Origin: a virus
Taxonomy: Duplodnaviria > Caudoviricetes
Strand: one strand, 5' to 3'
DNA: 26,499 nt
Virus record (IMG/VR): IMGVR_UViG_3300043414_000021
Span: 1 to 26,499 of that record
A program made the translations under genes and the position numbers. Position 1 is the first letter of the stretch. Every line of letters starts with the position of its first letter. The notes under the pieces were generated by a model that was not told the DNA's origin, ran no database searches, and saw nothing but the letters and a program-made list of their open reading frames with translations. Positions 7,593 through 16,734 of the stretch are shown here, in pieces.

Positions 7593-8504
7593 ATGGCTTA
7601 TCCTACGATTGACGCGCCCTATGGGCTAAAGCCAATCAATTTGATTGGTGGTCAGGTATTTGCGGGTTCTACTCGCATGATCCCGATCCTTCAGGCGTAC
7701 GGCACCGGACTTTTTAACGGTGACGTTGTTCAAATGGCTACTACCGGCACGGTAGCGATTAGCACGTTGGCTATTGGCACGACCTCACAAGCTGTCCAAA
7801 CCGTTGTTCCTGCAACGGTTGGTGTGTTTGTTGGTTGTGAGTACTCGCCCCCGGCTGGTCCTCTGTTTGGCAAACAACGCGCTCAGTACTGGCCTGCCAG
7901 CACGAACGCAATTGATGCTGTTGCTTATGTTGTTGATGATCCTGACACTGTGTTCCAGTCGGCTGTGCTATCCATGCCAGCTTCGGCAAACAACACGGCA
8001 ACGGCTCTTAGCACGATTGGCTACATGTCTCCCATCTTTGTGGGAACCAACGTGTACTACGTCGGCGCTAACGTAGGTAGCACGACAACGGGTAACGCCA
8101 CTGGTGGTGTGGTTGGTAACACTGCTGGCGCAAGTAACGGCGCTGGTAACGTAGTCAAAACCAACAGCAACACGGCAGCTTTCCGTGTAGTTGGTCTGGT
8201 TGAAGAGTCATCGGTTACGGTCACGACTTCGTTGACTGCGGCGGCTTCGTCTACGTCATTGACGGTTGCTTCGACCACGGGCGTGTTCCCCGGCATGCAA
8301 GTCATTGTTCCATCCTTTACGGCTGGGGCTGGTGGCGCTGGATACAACACCTACGTCACGGCTGTGACAAGTTCGACGGCTGTTACCGTTTCGGCCAGCA
8401 TCACTGCTGCAAGCGGTTCTGCTGTTGCATTTGTCGGACATCCTGAAGTTCTAGTTAAATGGAACTTTGGATATCACGGCTATTACAACGCTACCAGCGT
8501 TTAA
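7593..8504 (+). CDS. Capsid-associated (decoration/cement-like) protein
   Basis: 303 aa directly upstream of the MCP; APYGLKP, GVFVGCEY and AYVVDDPDTVF motifs; Thr/Ser/Ala-rich beta insertion near the C-terminus. Confidence 0.65.
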   Translation: MAYPTIDAPYGLKPINLIGGQVFAGSTRMIPILQAYGTGLFNGDVVQMATTGTVAISTLAIGTTSQAVQTVVPATVGVFVGCEYSPPAGPLFGKQRAQYWPASTNAIDAVAYVVDDPDTVFQSAVLSMPASANNTATALSTIGYMSPIFVGTNVYYVGANVGSTTTGNATGGVVGNTAGASNGAGNVVKTNSNTAAFRVVGLVEESSVTVTTSLTAAASSTSLTVASTTGVFPGMQVIVPSFTAGAGGAGYNTYVTAVTSSTAVTVSASITAASGSAVAFVGHPEVLVKWNFGYHGYYNATSV

Positions 8505-8514
8505 GGAGTAACTC

Positions 8515-9423
8515 ATGGCTATTTCACGCGCACAGCTACTTAAAGAGCTGCTCCCCGGTCTGAACGCCCTTTTCGGTCTTGAGTATTCTCGCTACGGCGA
8601 AGAGCACAAAGAGATTTACGAAACGGAAACTTCAGAGCGTTCTTTTGAAGAAGAGACCAAGCTGTCTGGTTTCTCTGCTGCACCAGTCAAAAACGAAGGC
8701 CAAGCCATCGCTTATGACAATGCACAGGAAGCATGGACCGCTCGTTACAACCACGAAACCATTGCTCTTGGTTTTAGCCTAACCGAAGAAGCAATCGAAG
8801 ATAACCTCTACGATTCGCTTTCGGCTCGCTATACCAAAGGCTTGGCTCGCGCAATGGCTTACACCAAACAGGTGAAGGCTGCTGCGGTTCTAAACAACGG
8901 CTTCAACGCTGCCTATGTTGGTGGTGATGGAAGGTCTTTGTTTAGCGCCTCGCATCCGTTGGTTTCGGGTGGAGTAAACAGCAACACGCCAGCAACTCAA
9001 GTTGACCTGAATGAAACTTCGTTGGAAAACGCAGTCATTCAGATTGCAGCTTGGACTGATGAACGTGGTCTGCTGATTGCTGCCAAGCCACGTAAGTTGA
9101 TTGTTCCTCCATCGCTCCAGTTCGTTGCAACTCGTTTGCTCGAAACGGAACTGCGTGTTGGTACAACCGACAACGATGTGAACGCTCTGAAGAACAATGG
9201 CTCTATCCCAGAAGGGTATACCATTAACCACTTCTTGACGGACACGAACGCTTGGTTCCTGACCACGGACGTTCCTAACGGTATGAAGCACTTTGTGCGT
9301 ACTCCGTTGCAGAACTCAATGGACGGTGATTTTGACACCGGTAACGTACGTTACAAGAGCCGTGAGCGGTATTCGTTCGGCTGGAGCGACCCGCTTGGAA
9401 TGTACGGTTCTTCAGGTTCCTAA
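8515..9423 (+). CDS. Major capsid protein (HK97 fold, Mu gpT-like)
   Basis: MAISRAQLLKELLPGLNALFG, ALGFSLTEEAIEDNLY, DG.SLFSASHP, PRKLIVPP and RERYSFGWSD motifs; AAGGAG RBS; followed by a terminator. Confidence 0.92.
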   Translation: MAISRAQLLKELLPGLNALFGLEYSRYGEEHKEIYETETSERSFEEETKLSGFSAAPVKNEGQAIAYDNAQEAWTARYNHETIALGFSLTEEAIEDNLYDSLSARYTKGLARAMAYTKQVKAAAVLNNGFNAAYVGGDGRSLFSASHPLVSGGVNSNTPATQVDLNETSLENAVIQIAAWTDERGLLIAAKPRKLIVPPSLQFVATRLLETELRVGTTDNDVNALKNNGSIPEGYTINHFLTDTNAWFLTTDVPNGMKHFVRTPLQNSMDGDFDTGNVRYKSRERYSFGWSDPLGMYGSSGS

Positions 9424-9443
9424 GCAATCACTTAGCGTGGTTG

Positions 9444-9473
9444 GAGGGCCTCTTCGGAGGCCCTTTTCTTTTT
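9444..9473 (+). terminator. Rho-independent terminator after the MCP gene
   Basis: Stem AGGGCCTC/GAGGCCCT with a C(UUCG)G tetraloop, followed by TTTCTTTTT. Confidence 0.92.
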
Positions 9474-9581
9474 ATGTGGGTATTACCTGTTTCGTAACGC
9501 AGGTTGATATGTTTCGTAAACCTACGAATTTTTGTAATTCTCCGTCCATCCCGTTACCAGTTACTAAGTCTTTTAAATCGC

Positions 9582-9610
9582 TTGCGTATAGCTAAAAACA
9601 ATGGTATAAA
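9582..9610 (+). promoter_or_regulatory. Putative sigma70 promoter restarting transcription after the MCP terminator
   Basis: TTGCGT (9582-9587), 17-bp spacer, TATAAA (9605-9610); immediately followed by GTTTAAAC. Confidence 0.65.
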
Positions 9611-9617
9611 GTTTAAA

Positions 9618-9687
9618 CCTAGACCACCCCATCCGTTGACTGACTAGGCAGACTTTCCTCAAAAGACAACGGATGCAGACTTGAGGA
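9618..9687 (+). ncRNA. Candidate structured cis-regulatory RNA leader (double pseudoknot)
   Basis: CATCCGTTG (9630-38) pairs with CAACGGATG (9667-75); CCTAG (9618-22) with CTAGG (9644-48); TCCTCAA (9656-62) with TTGAGGA (9681-87, includes the RBS). Confidence 0.6.
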
Positions 9688-9693
9688 CTTATT

Positions 9694-10245
9694 ATGGGTT
9701 TCGCTTCCCACCTTGGACCGTGGCTACTTGGCACTAACAAGTACACCACTGGCACGACCGCTGGCACGATTCAGAACATGGGCGCAACTATTGTGCTCCA
9801 ATCTGGTTCGTATACCACCCCCGCAGGCGTGTCTACTTCCGCTGCTTATACTGGTGATACTACGCGAATTGCAGTTCTGCCAGCCGGTGCAATCATCCAC
9901 GCAATCATTGCTGATGTAACCACCGCCTTTGTTGGCGCTTCGCTTGCAACCACGTTGACGTTCCAGACTGGCAACGCTACGACTGGTTTGTCTAGCAACT
10001 TTGCGTCAGGGAGCACTTTGGGCACACTTAGCGGCACCAGCACCCTCTCCGCTGGACGTTCGACCATTACGCCAAACACAACCAACATTGCAATCTTTGA
10101 CAATATCGGCACCACAGACCTTATTGTTAATTTGGTATTTGCCACTGCTGGTAACTATACTTCTGGCGGTTCGGTAAACGTACAGATTGTCTATGCTGTG
10201 TGTGGCTCTGACAACGCAATGTACCCGACTGGTTTCCAAAACTAA
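9694..10245 (+). CDS. Virion structural protein (possible head decoration)
   Basis: 183 aa, Thr/Gly/Ala-rich beta protein with LPAGAII; GAGGA RBS. Confidence 0.7.
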   Translation: MGFASHLGPWLLGTNKYTTGTTAGTIQNMGATIVLQSGSYTTPAGVSTSAAYTGDTTRIAVLPAGAIIHAIIADVTTAFVGASLATTLTFQTGNATTGLSSNFASGSTLGTLSGTSTLSAGRSTITPNTTNIAIFDNIGTTDLIVNLVFATAGNYTSGGSVNVQIVYAVCGSDNAMYPTGFQN

Positions 10246-10254
10246 GGGGCTGAT

Positions 10255-10605
10255 ATGCGCCCAGTTGTTTACACGATTACCGGCGGTGCTGGTACGCAGG
10301 TTGTTTCGCGGGTGTGCCCCATTGACCACTATGTTTCTCCGGCAAACATTGCTTTAAACGTGGTGGTCACGGGCACTATTACTTATACGGTGCAGTACAC
10401 GTTTGACGATGTGTTTGCTGCTAATTACGATCCTGCCAATGGTAATTGGACTAATCATCCCACGTTGGTAACCAAAGTGGTCACGGCGGATTCAAATATT
10501 TCGTATCCAGTTCGCGGGATTCGGATTATCTCTCCGGCATCGCCATCGTCTTCTGGTACTGCTACGTTGACCATCATTCAAGGTGGTGGAGGCGGATTAG
10601 CATGA
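10255..10605 (+). CDS. Hypothetical virion protein
   Basis: 116 aa, beta-rich (YTVQYTFDD, PVRGIRI); AAGGGG RBS. Confidence 0.75.
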   Translation: MRPVVYTITGGAGTQVVSRVCPIDHYVSPANIALNVVVTGTITYTVQYTFDDVFAANYDPANGNWTNHPTLVTKVVTADSNISYPVRGIRIISPASPSSSGTATLTIIQGGGGGLA

Positions 10606-11147
10606 TTGCGACAAGCATTGACGGCTCTAACTCGACTCTTGAGTTGCTATCGACGCTGCTTGCTGACCCGACTGTCTATGCTGACAAGCTCAAGGCACTG
10701 ACCGACGCCACTGCTGAAAACAAAAAGTATGTGGAGTTGGTTGGTCCTGTTTCTGAGATTGTGGCTATTCGGGAACAAGCAGATGCAGACCGCGCAGCAG
10801 CAGCACAGGCTGTAGCAGAGGCAAAAGCGCAAGCCATCAATATTGTTGGTGAGGCTCAAGCTGATGCTGCGGGCATTCTTGCAGACGCACAAGGTCAAGC
10901 AGATACCTTAATTGCACAAGCTAAGGCTCAGAAAGACCAGTCTGATGCGGTGTTATCTCAATCTGAGATTTCATTAGCTGATGTTAAACGGGCAGAAGCA
11001 GAGGCCAAAACAGCAACTGCTGCGGCTAATGCACAAGCTCAAAGTTTAGCAGCAGCGCAGGCAGCAGCAGAAGCTCTGCAAGCAGAAGCAAACGATATCA
11101 AAGCAGCTTTATTGGCAAAGACTCAAGCCTTCATTGAAGGGTTGTAA
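10602..11147 (+). CDS. Ala/Gln-rich coiled-coil protein
   Basis: 181 aa helical heptad-like composition; coupled to both neighbours. Confidence 0.75.
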   Translation: MIATSIDGSNSTLELLSTLLADPTVYADKLKALTDATAENKKYVELVGPVSEIVAIREQADADRAAAAQAVAEAKAQAINIVGEAQADAAGILADAQGQADTLIAQAKAQKDQSDAVLSQSEISLADVKRAEAEAKTATAAANAQAQSLAAAQAAAEALQAEANDIKAALLAKTQAFIEGL

Positions 11148-12742
11148 TGTCAGTTGTCCTGCTCACAGAGCCTTTCTCTGGTGGGGGTAGTGGTTCGGGC
11201 ACGGTAACGTCGATTGATGTTGTTGGCGGTACTACCGGCTTAACCACATCCGGCGGTCCCGTCACGACCGCTGGCGTTATCACGCTTGGCGGGACGCTTA
11301 GTGTTGGTAGTGGTGGTACTGGCGCTACGACGCTCACGGGTATCCTAAAGGGTACAGGCACTACCCCGATTACGATTGCCACAGCAGGGACTGACTATCA
11401 AGCACCGATTACGCTGACCACTACGGGGTCGAGTGGTGCCGCTACATTCATAGGTAACACGCTCAACATCCCGCAATACACGGGGGGTGGTGGCGGAACA
11501 CCTGCTGGTAGCAACACCCAGATTCAGTTCAACGCTGCGGGTAGTTTTGGAGCCAGCTCAAATCTGTACTGGGATGGGTTCACGCTCTATGTTGGCGGTA
11601 ATACGCCAGTTGGTGGTCTGACCAATCCGATTGCGGCGTTTGTTCAGAGTTCTCCAAACTACATTCAAGCCTATATTCACAACGGCAATCCGGGTGTCAA
11701 CGCATCTTCGGATTTTGTGATGTACCCAGACAATGGGTCAGAAACGGTAGGTTGGGGTGACATTGGCATTAACAGCTCTACATTTGCTGATGCCACTTAC
11801 TCAATCACGGGGCCAAATGAAACATACATTATGGCGTCCGGTACTGAAGGAAAGACCGGCAATCTGGTCTACGCAACAGATTCAACTGGAACAACAAACG
11901 CGCATCAGTGGTATGTAGGCGGTTTTACTCAAGCTAAATCAGCTTGGAAGATGCAGTTGACCAGTAGTGGTTTACAACTGTCTACGGCGCTATCAATTGC
12001 TAACGGCGGCACAGGCCAAACAACAGCTAATGCTGCTTTAAACGCGCTGCTGCCATCTCAAACCGGCAACGCTAACTACTACTTAAAAACTGACGGCGCA
12101 AATACATCTTGGGCGCTTGTTAGTGGAACTGGAACTGTTACGACGGTATCCATTGTTTCGGCCAATGGGTTGGCGGGTACGGTATCAAACCCCACAACAA
12201 CGCCAGCAATCACGCTATCGACCAGCGTAACAGGTCTATTAAAAGGCAACGGAACTGCAATCAGCGCGGCAACGGCGGGAACGGATTATCAAGCACCAAT
12301 CACGCTGACCACGACCGGGACTTCTGGTGCTGCTACATTTGTAAGCAACGTCTTAAATATCCCCCAGTACACGGGAAGCGGCACTCCGGGCGGGTCAAAC
12401 ACCGAAATTCAGTTTAACAGTTCCGGTTCTTTTGGCGGCTCTGCCAACTTTACTTGGGACGGTACTAACGTACAATTAGGGGCGCAAGGTGCTTTGCGTT
12501 TTGCTGACGCGGATAGCAGTAACTATGTAGCGTTTAAATCACCTGCAACAGTTTCTAGCAATGTAACTTGGACGCTTCCAAGTGTTGACGGAACTTCAGC
12601 ACAGGTGCTATCAACAAATGGTGCTGGTACGTTGTCTTGGGTAACTCAGACTGGTGGCGGCGGGGGCAGTCCAAACCTTGATGGTGGGACACCCACAAGT
12701 AACTATGGCGGTATTACCGCAATCGATGGAGGTACACCGTAA
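11147..12742 (+). CDS. Fibre-like virion protein with an internal duplicated module
   Basis: Gly/Thr-rich; GGTG motifs; two copies of TG.LKG.GT...ATAGTDYQAPITLTTTG.SGAATF..N.LNIPQYTG...GSNT.IQFN..GSFG. Confidence 0.8.
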   Translation: MSVVLLTEPFSGGGSGSGTVTSIDVVGGTTGLTTSGGPVTTAGVITLGGTLSVGSGGTGATTLTGILKGTGTTPITIATAGTDYQAPITLTTTGSSGAATFIGNTLNIPQYTGGGGGTPAGSNTQIQFNAAGSFGASSNLYWDGFTLYVGGNTPVGGLTNPIAAFVQSSPNYIQAYIHNGNPGVNASSDFVMYPDNGSETVGWGDIGINSSTFADATYSITGPNETYIMASGTEGKTGNLVYATDSTGTTNAHQWYVGGFTQAKSAWKMQLTSSGLQLSTALSIANGGTGQTTANAALNALLPSQTGNANYYLKTDGANTSWALVSGTGTVTTVSIVSANGLAGTVSNPTTTPAITLSTSVTGLLKGNGTAISAATAGTDYQAPITLTTTGTSGAATFVSNVLNIPQYTGSGTPGGSNTEIQFNSSGSFGGSANFTWDGTNVQLGAQGALRFADADSSNYVAFKSPATVSSNVTWTLPSVDGTSAQVLSTNGAGTLSWVTQTGGGGGSPNLDGGTPTSNYGGITAIDGGTP

Positions 12743-13833
12743 TGGCCGTTCAGATTCAAATGAGAAACGGAACGGCGTCGCAGTGGACAAGTGCAAACCC
12801 GACGCTTTCTGTTGGTGAGATTGGTGCTGAAACAGACACCGGCAGGTTTAAGGTTGGTACGGGATCAACGGCATGGAACAGCCTTGGTTATGCAACTGGA
12901 TTTGCATGGAAGGGTACTTGGTCTGGCGCAACTGCTTATGTAGTAAATGATTTTGTTTACTACAACGGGTCTACTTACATCTCTATCCAAAACGGCACAA
13001 ACCAAAATCCAGCTACACAAACTGCGTATTGGAGTACTGTTGCCCTTGCCGGTACGAATGGAACTAATGGGACCAACGGTACAAACGGTACGTCATTTAC
13101 ATGGCGTGGCACTTTCGTTGGTGGGACAAGCTACGCGGTAAACGATAACGTCTACTACAGCGGCTCTAGTTATATCTGTACGGTCGCCACATCAAGCGCA
13201 ACGGTCCCCCCATCGTTGCCGGGTAACTGGTCATTACTAGCTCAAGCCGGTTCAATGTCAGGGCCGGTATCGTCCACCGATAGGGCTATTGCCACGTTCA
13301 GCGGTACAGGCGGAGCAACGCTTCAGAACAGCACTATTACGGTTAGTGCCACTGGAACGATAGCGGCGGCATCGGGGTCATTGACGCTGACCAGCCCAAA
13401 CATGACCACCATTGTTAATACTGGAACGCTAACGCTGCCGACCAGTACGGATACATTGGTTGGCCGAGCGACAACAGACACGCTCACAAACAAGACCCTG
13501 ACCAACCCCACGGTAACTAACTACGTTGAGACGTTATACAGCGCCAATACCGGCACGGCAATCACTGTAGATTTGACCAATGGTACGGTTCAGAATTTGA
13601 CGTTGACGGGTAACGCCACGATTACAATGCCCACAGCAGTAGCGGGCAAATCGTTCATTATCATCTTGTCTCAAGACGCTACAGGAAGCCGGACGGTCAC
13701 TTGGTCAACGGTATCATGGCCTTCAGGGACCGCGCCAACAGTCACCAGCACCGCGAGTAAACGGGATATTTTTTCGTTCTTCTCTAACGGTACAAGCTGG
13801 TTCGGAACCACTATCGGCCAGAACTACACATAA
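12742..13833 (+). CDS. Fibre protein with Mtd-N/hyaluronidase-type N-terminus and carbohydrate-binding-like repeats
   Basis: N-terminal QIQMRNGTASQWTSANPTL..GEIGAETDTGRFKVG.G..AWNSL.Y; two W.GT....T.Y.VND.VYY.GS.YI repeats separated by (GTN)4. Confidence 0.8.
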   Translation: MAVQIQMRNGTASQWTSANPTLSVGEIGAETDTGRFKVGTGSTAWNSLGYATGFAWKGTWSGATAYVVNDFVYYNGSTYISIQNGTNQNPATQTAYWSTVALAGTNGTNGTNGTNGTSFTWRGTFVGGTSYAVNDNVYYSGSSYICTVATSSATVPPSLPGNWSLLAQAGSMSGPVSSTDRAIATFSGTGGATLQNSTITVSATGTIAAASGSLTLTSPNMTTIVNTGTLTLPTSTDTLVGRATTDTLTNKTLTNPTVTNYVETLYSANTGTAITVDLTNGTVQNLTLTGNATITMPTAVAGKSFIIILSQDATGSRTVTWSTVSWPSGTAPTVTSTASKRDIFSFFSNGTSWFGTTIGQNYT

Positions 13834-15815
13834 TGTTTGCTGCATCTAAATCAGGTCGAGTTGCTGCCGCCGCTACAGACCCGTACTTTCCGTATGTCCC
13901 GCTGCTGCTGGAAACGACTAGCACAAACGGTCAGCAGAACAATACGTTCTTAGACTCCAGCACCAATAACTTCACGATTACCCGCAACGGAACCGTAACG
14001 CAAGGTTCTGTGACTCCGTATTGGCCGAATGGGCAGTGGGGTAACTACTTTAATGGATCAAGTGATTATTTGACAACGCCTAGCAACACGGCGTTTGATT
14101 TTTGGGCTGGTAGCTTTACGTTTGAATGCTGGTTTTTTCCAACTGGAAATCTAAATAATAGCGTTTTGTTTTCTACAGGAAGCGCAACTACCGGAGCAAA
14201 CGTAGGGTTCTTTAACAATACAAACGTATATTTCAATTCTGGCGGTGGTTCTCAAGTCATCGGCGGAACAGCCCCAACCTTGAACGTTTGGAACCACATC
14301 GCTTTAACCAAATCTGGATCTACGTTTGCGGTTTTTTTAAACGGAACAAGACTCGGGACTTCAACGTCAACTGGCTACCCAACCGGCAACCAAGTCGCAT
14401 ATCTTGGTGCAAACTCTGCAAACAATAGTCAATTTATTGCCGGTTATTTGTCAAACGCTCGACTTGTCAAAGGTACTGCGGTTTACGATCCAACCCAAAC
14501 AACCCTCACCGTTCCAACAATCCCGCTCACGGCGATCACCAACACTTCCCTGCTGACCTGCCAAAGCAATCGGTTTAAAGACAACAGCACCAATAATTTT
14601 GCCATCACAACGGCCGGCACTCCCAAGGTCCAAGCCTTCCAGCCGTTCTCGCCAACGGCATCCTATACCGATGCGGCGTATGGGGGGAGTGGGTATTTTA
14701 GCGGAAGCGCACAGTATTTAACTGCACCATCTACTTCCGGCGCTCTTGGGTCGGGAGATTTTACAGTACAAGCGTGGATTTACTGCACAGGAAATCCATA
14801 CACATACAGTACAATATTAAGTAATTACAGCGTTAGTGGGGCAACTGCTTTTGCTATATTCAGCAGTTTTAATAATAGCAAAATTACTCTTTATGTAGGA
14901 AATTCAACGGCGGTTGTAAGTAGCGCCAATATCGTATTTAACACTTGGATTCATGTTGCAGCAGTAAGAAGCAGCGGGATAGTGACGCTATATATAAACG
15001 GGGTTTCTCAAGGTACTGTTTCGTATTCTGGCTCATCATCTGGCGACGGGATTGCACGAATTGCTTGCGCTGGCGATAACCCAACAGGAACAAATTTTCA
15101 AGGCTACATTTCAAATGTTGCTTGGGTAATTGGCACAGCGGTCTACACCGCTAACTTCACCCCACCCACCGCGCCCGTAACAGCAATCACCAACACCAGT
15201 CTGCTGCTCAACTTCACCAACGCAGGAATCTACGACGCGGCGGTGCAGAACAATGCAATCACAGTAGGTAGCGCACAGTCCAGCATCACTCAGTATAAGT
15301 GGTCCCCAACCAGTATGCGGTTCAACGGGACTACGGATTGGCTGACAACAATTGATAAGCCGCAGTTAAATATAGGGACTGGAGATTTTACAATTGAATG
15401 CTGGGTAAACAGATCCGCAACAGCAAGCGGAGCTGGCAATGGGGATTCAATTATATCAAAAGGCACAAACAATATTATTTTAAGTATAAATGTAAACACT
15501 TCCAAATTTGAGTTTGCACAATATGGGGTTGCTGTACTTCTTACGTCAACTACTGTTATTAGTAACAGCACTTGGTATTACGTTGCAATTACGAGGTCTG
15601 GGACTACGTTGCGTATGTTTGTAAACGGAACACAAGAAGCAAGCACAACAAATTCCGCTAATTTTACTTCTACAACCAGTATGTTCATTGGTGCGGATGC
15701 AAATAACACAAACCAAAGACTTAACGGCTACATCCAAGATTTGCGTATCACCAAAGGCATTGCTCGATATACCGCCACCTTCACTGCGCCAACAGCCGCA
15801 TTCCCGACGAGGTAA
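13833..15815 (+). CDS. Receptor-binding protein with three LamG/concanavalin-A-like domains
   Basis: Three repeats of F.G...YL...DFT.E.W...W.H/YVA..RS......F/Y.NG...GY......KG.A.Y. Confidence 0.85.
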   Translation: MFAASKSGRVAAAATDPYFPYVPLLLETTSTNGQQNNTFLDSSTNNFTITRNGTVTQGSVTPYWPNGQWGNYFNGSSDYLTTPSNTAFDFWAGSFTFECWFFPTGNLNNSVLFSTGSATTGANVGFFNNTNVYFNSGGGSQVIGGTAPTLNVWNHIALTKSGSTFAVFLNGTRLGTSTSTGYPTGNQVAYLGANSANNSQFIAGYLSNARLVKGTAVYDPTQTTLTVPTIPLTAITNTSLLTCQSNRFKDNSTNNFAITTAGTPKVQAFQPFSPTASYTDAAYGGSGYFSGSAQYLTAPSTSGALGSGDFTVQAWIYCTGNPYTYSTILSNYSVSGATAFAIFSSFNNSKITLYVGNSTAVVSSANIVFNTWIHVAAVRSSGIVTLYINGVSQGTVSYSGSSSGDGIARIACAGDNPTGTNFQGYISNVAWVIGTAVYTANFTPPTAPVTAITNTSLLLNFTNAGIYDAAVQNNAITVGSAQSSITQYKWSPTSMRFNGTTDWLTTIDKPQLNIGTGDFTIECWVNRSATASGAGNGDSIISKGTNNIILSINVNTSKFEFAQYGVAVLLTSTTVISNSTWYYVAITRSGTTLRMFVNGTQEASTTNSANFTSTTSMFIGADANNTNQRLNGYIQDLRITKGIARYTATFTAPTAAFPTR

Positions 15816-15817
15816 TC

Positions 15818-16243
15818 ATGCAGCTTGCTAACCAAGACCTCATCATCAAAGACCACACCGAGTGGTTCCCCAATACTTCGTTTGGTGACCGGGGTCCAAC
15901 TCTGGACTGGATTGCCGAGCAAGGTTACTACGTCATCTCGGTGTGGAAAAACCATGACCAGAAGACCGAAAAACTTGTCTCTGCTGCCCCGCATCTGTAT
16001 GACGGGATGTGCTGCTTGGTTGATGTAGAACCACTGACCGCTGAAGAACTTCAGGCACGAATCAACACGCAGTGGCAGGTCATCCGTACTCAGCGCAATC
16101 AGTTACTTGCAAACTCAGACTGGACCCAATTAACGGACTCTCCCGTTGACAAAACTGCATGGGCAACGTATCGTCAGGCATTGCGCAATATCACTACTCA
16201 GCCAGACCCGTTTAACATTACGTGGCCGAAGCAAAATGGCTAA
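15818..16243 (+). CDS. Tail fibre assembly chaperone-like protein
   Basis: IRTQRNQLLANSDWTQL.DSP...WATYRQALRNIT...WP motif; follows the fibre gene. Confidence 0.8.
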   Translation: MQLANQDLIIKDHTEWFPNTSFGDRGPTLDWIAEQGYYVISVWKNHDQKTEKLVSAAPHLYDGMCCLVDVEPLTAEELQARINTQWQVIRTQRNQLLANSDWTQLTDSPVDKTAWATYRQALRNITTQPDPFNITWPKQNG

Positions 16244-16496
16244 ATCACCTGCATGGCAGAGAAAAGAAGGCAAGGCAGAGAGCGGGGGCCTGAACGCGAA
16301 GGGTCGGGCGTCAGCAAAAGCGCAGGGGATGAATCTAAAACCTCCCGCACCGAAACCAAAAACGACCGAAGACGCCGGGAGAAAGAAGAGCTTCTGCGCC
16401 AGAATGAGCGGCATGAAGGCGAAACTTACCTCAGCGAAAACAGCCAAAGACCCAAACTCCCGGATTAACAAAAGTCTTCGGGCGTGGGATTGTTAA
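16236..16496 (+). CDS. Small basic protein (resembles the DUF6321 family from recall, unverified)
   Basis: MAKSPAWQRKEGK..SGGLNAKGRAS...RKKSFCARMSG...SRINKSLRAWDC; ATG 16236 preferred over the ORF-track start at 16146. Confidence 0.75.
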   Translation: MAKSPAWQRKEGKAESGGLNAKGRASAKAQGMNLKPPAPKPKTTEDAGRKKSFCARMSGMKAKLTSAKTAKDPNSRINKSLRAWDC

Positions 16497-16497
16497 G

Positions 16498-16734
16498 ATG
16501 GAACACACAATCTGGAACGCAATTCTTTCGGTAAGCATTAGTGTTGTTGGGTTTTTCCTCAAGAGCATGTATGACGAGACAAAACGCCTTCAAGTACTGG
16601 TCAACAAGACTCGCGAAGAGATTGCCAAAGAGTACGTAACCAAGACACAGCTAGATGCGGACGTTAACCGCATCTTTGACCGGCTTGACCGGCTTGAAGC
16701 TAAGATTGACCGATTGGTGGAAAAGCATGCCTAG
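16498..16734 (+). CDS. Small membrane-anchored coiled-coil protein
   Basis: N-terminal hydrophobic helix (IWNAILSVSISVVGFFL) followed by RLDRLEAKIDRL. Confidence 0.75.
   Translation: MEHTIWNAILSVSISVVGFFLKSMYDETKRLQVLVNKTREEIAKEYVTKTQLDADVNRIFDRLDRLEAKIDRLVEKHA

Noticed and set aside
9472-9549. 25-codon minus-strand ORF (MDGELQKFVGLRNISTCVTKQVIPT) ending at the terminator
   Set aside because: Very short, weak RBS, no recognisable motif.
9618-9687. Hammerhead or other known self-cleaving ribozyme
   Set aside because: Lacks the CUGAUGA/GAAA core; kept only as an unclassified structured RNA candidate.
12742-15815. Diversity-generating retroelement suggested by the Mtd-like N-terminus
   Set aside because: No reverse transcriptase and no TR/VR pair differing only at adenines seen in the window.
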